Shown here: positions 54,409 through 64,000 of the stretch, one piece after another
How positions within the stretch are numbered: position 1 is the stretch's first letter
Layout of the letters: every line of letters starts with the position of its first letter
Assembly (NCBI GenBank): GCA_951406725.2
Contig: OX597835.1
Coordinates: 12,028,001-12,092,000, forward strand
Length of the DNA stretch: 64,000 nucleotides
Direction of reading: 5' to 3'
Source of the DNA: Octopus vulgaris
Taxonomy: Eukaryota
Position numbers and translations under genes: made by a program
Notes under the pieces: generated by a model
Databases searched by the model: none
What the model was told of the DNA's origin: nothing
What the model saw: only the letters and a program-made list of their open reading frames with translations

Positions 54409-54785
54409 GGGCGGTGAGTTGGCAGAAACGTTAGCACGCCGGGCGAGATTTTGTCTGCCGCTACATTCTGAGTTCAAATTCCACCGATGTCGACTTTGCC
54501 TTTCATCCTTTCGGGGTCGATTAAATAAGTACCAGTTACGCACTGGAGTCGATATAATCGACTTAATCCGTTTGTCTGTCGTTGTTTGTCCCCTCTGTGT
54601 TTAGCCCCTTGTGGGTAGTAAAGAAATAGGTATTTCGTCTGTCTTTACGTTCTGAGTTCAAATTCCGCCAAGCTCGACTTTACCTGTCATTCTTTCGAAG
54701 TACCAGTTGCGTACTGGTGCCGATCTAATCGACTGGTCCCCTCCCCAAAAATTTCGGGCCTTGTTCCAAGAGTAGAAAAGAATAT
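54409..54785 (+). mobile_element. SINE family B dimer (second unit has the alternative tail)
   Basis: Same architecture as 48435-48826. Confidence 0.85.
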
Positions 54786-56605
54786 TTCAAAATTTTTTTA
54801 ATTCATCGTTAAAACATCATAGACAGAATGTAAGTTTTCGTCTTTTTTTGACACCCAATTTCCATTCCTCTTTAGCGCAGATGAGATTCACTTATATTAA
54901 GTAAAACGTTTGCGCAAGAGCACAGTGAAGCCTCATAAAGGAACTCAATCGTTCAGCGGCGTACTTATCTAGATAAAACGTGGAGAAATATTATTCTAAA
55001 GTAAATAAATGTATACATTCACTTTTCACTGTTTATCACTTTCGTAGAATAAATATTTAGCATTATGTTGTCAGCAGCATGTATTAAAGCTAATCTTTCT
55101 AGCGAACTAAAGCTGTTTCTGATTTAAGTTACATAGGAAAGGCGTTTCAATTACTATCCTCTCAAAATCCAGAAACCTAATTCATGTTTAGGAGACAATT
55201 ATTGTTGTTATAAGACTCAAATCTCTCGATAATGCCAACGCGGTTTGGATTTCTAGTTAGAGGCCATTTACTTCTACGAATTGTTAATTTTCTCGAAAAG
55301 GTAACATAAACGTCACAGTCTGCTATTTTCCTTGTAATTCTTTAGTTTAGTTCGCTTGTAAGGAATCAATATAAGATGGGAATGCGTGAACTGGAAAGAA
55401 ATTGAGAATTCTACAAGAGAGCTTATCTTAGTGAAATAAGAAATGAGTAATAATGAGAAACAGGGCCAGAGTGTATCATAACAAGACATCGAGTTCAGAT
55501 TTATACATGCTATAGGCAGAAATAAACTGTATCAAGGGGAAAATGTAGATGGACGAGTATGCAGTACATTCGATGAGTGTCACATTTAATTGCACATTTG
55601 AATCGGTTCTTTAATTAGTGTGGTGATAACAAAAGTGATTACTTTGCAATCAGTTCTAAAATATCACCAACCAATTATAAAATATCGCCAGGCCGAAGTA
55701 GAATTAACATAAAAGTATTATCTGAGTTAACATCTGAAAGAAAAATTGCGTGAGTTATTGGAAAGGGTTGGAGATTAAAGATCAAAGCCAGAGTGTGGTT
55801 GTGCTTTACTGTTAAGTAGCAATAGTTAACAATACTTCATGTCGGACACAACAGTATCCAATAGGTAATAGAATATTAGTTTGATTGTTATTAGGATTTA
55901 GTCAATGCAGTGGAACTTGGTATCTTTTATTGGCCTTATGGGTATTTTGGCAGAGGATTTGTTATTTGGCTGACAGATTACTTCTTTCAGTAAAACTTCG
56001 TGCACGATTCGGGACGAAACAAACTGAACAAAGCTTGCTTTCAATAATCGAAGCTTTCCGTCAATAAATTTTCCGTCTTTAATGTGGATATGGTATACTT
56101 ATATATTCGACATGAATATCTGAAACTCACAATGGGTTTTAGGTTTAGTTATTATATTTAGGATGTTGACTAAAGACACAGAAACTCACAAACCAAATTG
56201 AGTGTGCTGGTGTTTGTCTATTAGGCGAATACAGTCCACCTATTGAGATTTCTCACATAAAATGTTTTAGATTTGATTCGCCTAATGTATGATAAACATG
56301 TTTGCAAACAATATTTTACACGAACAATAACGATTGCGTTTCTACACACCCTTCTAACTGCGACAGCAGTAAAAAGGCGATGATGGAATTATGTAAATAT
56401 TAACAATGCATGCCAAACAGCAAAATGTTTTGCGCCAATGTTGATAATTCCGAAATACGGCATCAAATGTTGACACATAAATGAAAGGAAAATCCTAAAC
56501 AAGAAGCCATTTCTGCAAAAAGTAATAAACAAACGCAACACACATATACACAATCATACAAAGACAGATACACACACACACACACATACAAATATATATA
56601 TATAC

Positions 56606-56652
<47 letters not shown>

Positions 56653-56712
56653 TATATTTTTATATATATATGTATTTATATGTATATAAAAATATACATA
56701 TATATATATACA

Positions 56713-56786
<74 letters not shown>

Positions 56787-57483
56787 CCAAAATTACGTGA
56801 CAAGAGAAATAAACATATGTATTCAAATATTTTCCAAGCATGAAAACGGGTTTTCGCAGAAGCGTGATTCGAATAATTGCAAGTGTCCAAACCACCGTAT
56901 GATTCCTTTATTGTGTGTGCATTAAAAATATAAATTTTAAAAAAAATACCAAATATAAATTCCAATTAGAGTTTTTGAAGCATACAGAAATTTGAAAATT
57001 ATGAGAGAAGCACTTTCTTGCTTTCAGATCAGCTTCGAGGATAAGGAAGTCGAAGTAATGGAATGCTGCGCACAGAGGAGACGGAATCTTCATTTTACGT
57101 TGCGAGGTTGATGGGGGATATAAACGCCATTGCATTAAATTACGGATTAAAGTGGACTAAGTCAGATAAACGTGGTTATTTTCTTTGCTTTCGCTTCGTG
57201 ATCCGGGTGATACCGTATAGACTTCTAGTGTTATTAATGGTTCAACTTCACTCAGTAGCTAATTAATATGTTTAGTTATGTGAAAAAAAGGTTTAAATAC
57301 GTTTTCAGTAATAACTTGAGAAGCAAAGCCAAATTTTCTTACCTGAGTTTAAACTCAGTACAACACATCTCCCACAAAAATTATGTATATTACTGAAATT
57401 CTGCAGATCTTTAGAGTGTTGTATACATGTGTGTCTGTGTATGTGTTTGTGTGTGTGCGTGTGTGTGTGTTTATATATAATTT

Positions 57484-57708
57484 TATTCTTTTATTCTTTG
57501 ACTTGTTTCAGCCATTTGACTGCAGCCATGCTGGAGCAATCCCTTTAGTCGAACAAATTGACCCCAGGATTTATTCTTTGTAAGCCTTGTACCTATTCTA
57601 TCGATCTCTTAAGTTACGGGGACGTAAACACACCAGCATCGGTTGTCAAGCGATGTTGGAGGTATAAAAACATAGATATATACACACTTACAGACATACA
57701 TACATACA

Positions 57709-57782
<74 letters not shown>

Positions 57783-57940
57783 CGACGAGCTTCTTTCAGT
57801 TTCCGTCTACCAAATATACTGACAAGGCTTTGGTGGGCCCGAGCTATAGTAGAAGACACTTGCTCAAGGTGCCACGCAGTGGGACTGAAGCCGGAAACCA
57901 TGTGGTTGGGAAGCAAGCTTCTTACCACACAGCCACTCCT
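57484..57940 (-). mobile_element. SINE family A
   Basis: Colinear with family A. Confidence 0.85.
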
Positions 57941-57957
57941 TCGCCATCCGCCGCACA

Positions 57958-58032
<75 letters not shown>

Positions 58033-58035
<3 letters not shown>

Positions 58036-58199
58036 GGAGTAAACACATTAATGTGAAACAAGGGGGAAAAAAAGTACTCAAATACTAGTGGTACAGTAAT
58101 AATATGCTTTATTTAAAGCAGCAGAAAATTCAACAAAACCTGTTACAACGGGAAACTCAAAGTAACAGGTTTTGCTGAATTTTCTGCTGCTTAAAATAA

Positions 58200-58201
<2 letters not shown>
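58033..58201. mobile_element. (TA)n-embedded short element with terminal palindrome (58111-58198)
   Basis: AAGCAGCAGAAAATTCAACAAAACCTGTTAC / GTAACAGGTTTTGCTGAATTTTCTGCTGCTT. Confidence 0.7.
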
Positions 58202-58242
<41 letters not shown>

Positions 58243-58243
58243 A

Positions 58244-58307
<64 letters not shown>

Positions 58308-58354
58308 GTGGTGGAGTAAATTAATCAAAATAAAAACATGATGCCAAGGATTCA

Positions 58355-58432
58355 GCGGTACATATGTTTCGGGCCTTTATTAGACGGATTTATAACAATG
58401 CATAATGTGTGTCTATGGCCTTCTTCAGCCGC
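58355..58432 (-). ncRNA. Type-I hammerhead motif with extended stem II, in (TA)n-flanked element ~58302-58572
   Basis: GCGG-CUGAAGA-AGGCC AUAGAC...GUCUA..GGCCC-GAAA-CAUAUGU-A-CCGC; palindromic ACAUAUGU helix III. Confidence 0.75.
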
Positions 58433-58568
58433 GCACAACTACTACCTCAAGGACATGCATTACATCAAAAATTCTACGTTGGGGATGCAAATCCTCTCAT
58501 TCGCGTACGACATAATGCGGCAACAGCATAAAAATGAAGCGTCCATCTCGTCCTTCTCTCAATGTAGA

Positions 58569-58607
<39 letters not shown>

Positions 58608-59940
58608 CATACATACATATCAGTGGCGACTCCAGTACTCGGGCTGTTCGGGCTCAGCCCGAGTGTTTACTTAGTAAAGTGAACGTATATTTTCAAGCTG
58701 ATTTAAGTTCTGCCAACACTGACTTCAAGCATGCAATTTCACTTAATGACTTGGGCTCCTTTTATTGAGCCTGGTCGTAGTTCATTTATTTTCGTTCAGA
58801 GTCTGGCAGTAGTCTTTGAGGTGCCATTGTTCACATGCGCCTGACTTCCACTCAGAAGTTACAGCCCCTGTTGTTATTTATAATCGTAAAATGTAGAAGT
58901 AATTGAAATCCTATGTTTTCTTGAAACAATATATTTCTATAAAGATTAAGATTGAAATTCCAATCTATGAAAAGTTTCCCTTCTACGATATTGTTAAAGA
59001 AACGAAAAATTATCCAGCAACTCGGGTTGATACGAACGAGCCTGGTAGGTGTAAAAGACTAACTGGCATCTCTTGTCAAGAGTACAGGTGAGAGTAAGAT
59101 CACTGACGTTTGTCGTATACTCCGCTGCCGTTATTTGATTGCTTTAATTCTGTGTGTCTGTGTGTGAAGATTACTTTTGTTTTGCAGGGGTGCTTTATTT
59201 TTACCATTAACTTAGATGTTGGAGAAAGACAGGATCTTAACGTTTTGGTTATCAGTATTTCAAAATTTGAAGTTCACAGAAAATTTTTAAATTTGGCACA
59301 GAAATACACTTGCCCAAACTGGATTGCAGGAGTTATTTCATTTTTTCTAGAGAAATGGTTTTAAAAAGTTATAGAACTTTAAAGTTTGATCATTTCACCC
59401 AGTGAGGAAACAGGATTTGAAAGCTGTCGTTTTGTGCGTGACTGCACATTTTGTCGTCAGTATCCTGAAAATAGCAGGTGTTAAGTCTCCGGTAATTTTC
59501 TTTCGAGTAAATAATTGTTTATGTTAATTTAAAAGATTTATCCAAAAAATCTTATTTAGCTGTTATTTTTAGCACACAACACAACCGCCTCAATGCTCAA
59601 TGGCAAAAAAGAAATACGTAAACAAACATTTAAGCATTCAATATGCATTTAATGCAAATACGATAAACAACACGTTGCATGCGATAAACAAATTACAATT
59701 TTTAACAGAAAGATTTGGAAGAATTAGATGAAAGTTCTCCGGTAATTTTCTTTAATCTAAATAAATGTTTATGTTAATTTTAAAGTTTGCCAGTAAATTC
59801 TTATAAAATGACGATGTTCCAAAAGATGTACATGTTTATATGTTGCATACGAAAATAAGAGTGAGCAGAATATGCTTAAAAAACAAACATTTAAGCATTA
59901 AAAGCAAACATTTAACTTTCGGTTTTAATTTCTATACATG

Positions 59941-60597
59941 TAGGCACAGGGTGGCTCTGTGGTAAGACGTTTACTTCCCATCCACATGGTTCCGGGTTAT
60001 GTCCTACAGCGTGGCACCTTGGGTAAATGTCTAACCTCAGGCCGACCAAAGTCTTATGAGTGTATTTGGTTTTAACTAAAACTGAAAGAATCCTGATTTG
60101 TTGTTTATGCTCCCTTACTCTGTCTATTAAATTTCTTCGTTCTCGGCCGTTTTCAACTGCATTGTGGATTTGTATAAAAGTAAATAAGATTTATGTCCGA
60201 CTTATGTCCTACAGCGTGGCACCTTGGGTAAATGTCTAACCTCAGGCCGACCAAAGTCTTATGAGTGTATTTGGTTAACTGAAACTGAAAGAACCCTGAT
60301 TTGTTGTTTATGCTCCCTTACTCTGTCTATTAAATTTCTTCGTTCTCGGCCGTTTTCAGCTGCATTGTGGATTTGTATAAAAGTAAATAAGATTTATGTC
60401 CGACTTATGTCCTACAGCGTGGCACCTTGGGTAAATGTCTAACCTCAGGCCGACCAAAGTCTTATGAGTGTATTTGGTTAACTAAAACTGAAAGAATTCT
60501 GATTTGTTGTTTATGCTCCCTTACTCTGTCTATTAAATTTCTTCGTTCTCGGCCGTTTTCAGCTGCATTGTGGATTTGTATAAAAGTAAATAAGATT
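59941..60597 (+). repeat. Degenerate SINE A head followed by 3 tandem 203-205-bp units (SINE fragment + flank)
   Basis: Units begin TTATGTCCTACAGCGTGGCACC at 59997, 60202 and 60405. Confidence 0.92.
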
Positions 60598-60986
60598 TTT
60601 GCTTAGTAATTTATATTTGTATTAAGCTTAAATTTATTCTCATTCTTCAGCTTTTTTGTCACAAACATTTATGTTGAATGTTACTCGTTTTCCCACACCA
60701 AACTATGTGAACTGTAGTTTATTAACACCATTACTAAGAGTGCGGATCCTCCTGCATACTTGCCATATAATAACGATTATTGACCTATACACACATAAAG
60801 TGGCAAATCCTTTCCTAAATTACTGGTTAGTTAATTGATATCGTTAAATAAATTAATAGTCAAAATCAGTTAATAAATCTTAATTAATAATTGCCCCAAA
60901 TACTTTAAATTTGTTGAATTCACTTCTCGACTAATCATTATCTTATCGTTTTAGATACACTCAATCCATTTATAATTGATGGTCAC

Positions 60987-61312
60987 TTCTTCTCTCTCCT
61001 TCAATCTCTCTCTCACTCACTGTCTTTCACTTACTCTCTCTCTCTTTCTTCTCTCTCTTCTCTCTCTTCTCTCTCTCTTCTCTCTGCTCTCTCTCCTTCT
61101 CTTTCTTCTCTCTCTCCTCTCTCTTCTCTCTCTCTTTCTTCTCTCTCTTCTCTCTCTCCTCTATCTTCTCTCTCTCTTTCTTCTCTCTCTTCTCTCTCTC
61201 CTCTCTCTTCTCTCTCTCTTTCTTCTCTCTCTTCTCTCTCTCCTCTATCTTCTCTCTCTCTTTCTTCTCTTTCTTCTCTCTCTCCTCTCTCTTCTCTCTC
61301 TCTTTCTTCTCT

Positions 61313-61352
<40 letters not shown>

Positions 61353-61427
61353 TCTCTCTCTCCTCTATCTTCTCTCTCTCTTTCTTCTCTTTCTTCTCTC
61401 TCTCCTCTCTCTTCTCTCTCTCTTTCT

Positions 61428-61521
<94 letters not shown>

Positions 61522-61570
61522 TTCTTCTCTCTCTTCTCTCTCCTCTATCTTCTCTCTCTCTTTCTTCTCT

Positions 61571-61614
<44 letters not shown>

Positions 61615-61618
61615 TTCT
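60987..61618. repeat. ~630-bp polypyrimidine (CT-rich) tract
   Basis: Almost purely C/T on the + strand. Confidence 0.95.
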
Positions 61619-61944
61619 GTGTATATATGTGCATATCCCTCTCCGTCTTTCTGTCTCCCCCTAAGCTCTCTCCTAAGTAGATGTGGATCGCTTTAATGTT
61701 ATCTTCCTCAATAAATTCCCTCTCTCTCCCTTCTTCCCATAATTTGTCCACTCACAATCCCGTTGCCTTACCACTTTACTCTGCCTCAATATCTCTACCA
61801 TTAGTAATCTGTTAATTTATAATTTCGAAATAACTCGTAATTAATCCCAGCGTCTTTGTGGCTCTTTTACCCATCCAACCATTTCTCCTAATCACCACCT
61901 GCAACCATTCCATCGTCAGTTGAACATCTGCCTTATTCCTGATA

Positions 61945-62087
61945 TGCGTGTATGTTTGTGTATGTGTGTGTATGTTTGTATGCGTGTGTGCGCGTGTGCG
62001 CGTGTGTGCGTGTGTGTGTGTGTGTGCGTGTGCGTGTGTGTGTGTGTGTATGTGTGTGTGTGTGTGTGTGTTTGTATGCATGTGCGT

Positions 62088-62141
<54 letters not shown>

Positions 62142-62156
62142 GTGTGTGTGTGTGTT
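61945..62156. repeat. (TG)n/(TGCG)n tract
   Basis: Seen directly. Confidence 0.95.
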
Positions 62157-62759
62157 TCCATTCTAATTCCGTTTACCAATTCATTTGGTTTTAATTAATA
62201 TTTTATGGTTGCATTTATTTATATTATTTATTTTTTACTATTTTATACTTCCCTTCTACTCTCTATAAACCTTATATTTTTAATTAAAAATTAATCTTCC
62301 ACCATGTCTCACTCTTTCACTTTCTCTCTCTCTCTCTAATTCACTCTTACCTTCAGCATGCTTACTATATTAGCAATCGTACAAACTTCAAAGAAGTATT
62401 ATATAATGAGATATACAACTTCTATATTCGCAGCTTGTTTGAGACCTCTTTTATTCCGAATTTCGAACCCCCACCATTGGATTTAGCGCGTTTCGGGTCT
62501 AGTTAGCCATCCTTTTAAATGTAGCCATCCATTTATAATACCATATGTCTTTCTACATTGTGACGTATTGCTCAGGTTTCATAAACCACGTTTAAAACAC
62601 ACCACCTAGCATAAGGGGTTCTTTTCAGGGGTGTTAACGGCGATGCAAGCATTGGGACCAATCCTGATATGCAAACAGAGATAGAAAAATTAGTTAATGG
62701 CCCCGGGGTTTCTTCTGCTTTTTTCTAACAAAAGTTGCGATAACCTTAATGACATGGTT

Positions 62760-63400
62760 ATTAATACAGCGGTAAGTTATGACTAAATGAATTTGCGAAC
62801 ATCGATTCATATATGTTTAGTTTCGTTGTGAAATTAAGCACTTCAAAATAGTATCGTATTGGTCTGTGTCGTTTCAGTTTGCCAGTGCATAGGGTTCCCT
62901 CGTTGCTGCTTCTCACACTGCTGATTCGATCGTCATTCCAAGCTGTCGTCAATGCAGTAGCTCTGTGTAAATGAGTTGCATCAGTAACAAGTTTTACTTT
63001 TATTTAATTGGTAACCTAGCTCAGCTGTTACCGTCAGATTAGGGTGCGACGAAGTGAGCAAATTCTGATGAATTTTAAAAACAACTATAAAATTGGATCG
63101 ATTTTATCCCAAACTACAGGTAGCCGCAATGGCTCTGATTTTAAAGGCGACTAAACACTTATGAGAAAAAAATCCTTGTTATTTGTTAATTATTAAAATT
63201 AATTGTGGAATCACATAAAAAAGACGACTTTCCTATTTCGCAATTTCGTCTACAATATAAGAGATGCAGTTTCCTCTCTCGGTTAAGCCAGTTCCAATAA
63301 AATTTCCCGATTCTTCTGTAAACATGTTATCTGTATGAATCACTCTGGATCATTCTGCACATCCGTTCCTCCTATTTCTGTCATTTCCTATTTTGTTCAA
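62760..63400 (-). pseudogene. Possible decayed piggyBac-like transposase remnant
   Basis: GTGLTER and WNDD...SSNEG...KR weakly recall the PGBD GLGE.VV and W.DN..V...S motifs. Confidence 0.3.
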
Positions 63401-63961
63401 TCCTTGACAGATATCCATCCGTCTTGAAATCTCACTAAATTGACATTATTCAAACATACTTCAATATACAAGTATTTAAACTCGATAACATTTGCATTAC
63501 TTCTCTCTGACTAGTTTAAAAACAGAAATTTCAGTATATATAAGTAATGCCCCTTCTTATTTAATTAACTAATAAGAACGCATTTTAGTGTTTTAGTCAA
63601 CAAATAAATCTAAATTGTCCTTAGGATAAGTGCATTAAACTTTTTACTTAATGGCTCTCCTCAAAACAATTTGTAAAAGTTTTTAGAGTAAGTTCATTTG
63701 ATGTCAAATTCAGTTATTGTAAAGAGCAATATTTAAAAGAGAAATAACTATTTTTATCTCTAAATATTAAATAAAAACTACGATATTCGAGTTAGTAAGA
63801 ATTCCTGTAAAACTGTCAACGTCGAAGCTTTTAAGTATATGAGAATGAAACAGAATGAATTTACTAAGATACAAACATACGTGTATTCCTATGTATGTCG
63901 TGTTCAGAACATATTTCACTTGTGTGTGAGTTTTTGTGTCTGTGTGTGTTCGTGCGTATAT

Positions 63962-64000
<39 letters not shown>

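Noticed and set aside
58621-58870. CAGTGGC...GCCCCTG possible hAT MITE
   Set aside because: TIR match is only ~7 bp and imperfect; no 8-bp TSD seen.

Overview
AT-rich eukaryotic non-coding DNA saturated with microsatellites ((TA)n, (CA)n, (GATA)n, (TACA)n, (ATT)n etc.). The repeat repertoire looks like an octopus/cephalopod intergenic or intronic region; this assignment is inferred from recalled repeat families, not proven. I found no host protein-coding exon, and almost every ORF in the supplied track is a microsatellite or SINE artefact. Real content: (1) four tRNA-headed SINE families (>30 copies or fragments), one forming head+(184-bp unit)n concatemers inside single TSDs; (2) a 2.24-kb element encoding only a Tx1/L1-type ORF1 (RRM-like + CCHC knuckle, one frameshift, no ORF2), inserted with a perfect 15-bp TSD into a SINE tRNA head; (3) two R4/Dong-like RLE LINE 3' fragments sitting in different microsatellites, plus RTE-like fragments; (4) a non-autonomous Helitron, a Tc1/mariner MITE, fold-back palindromes and decayed DNA-transposase remnants; (5) at least seven minimal type-I hammerhead ribozyme motifs from several unrelated short non-coding elements, mostly in or beside (TA)n tracts and often with inverted ends (Penelope pLTR/retrozyme-like). 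These include a covarying pair and a rare G3:C8 core variant. All structures were read by eye; no searches were run.
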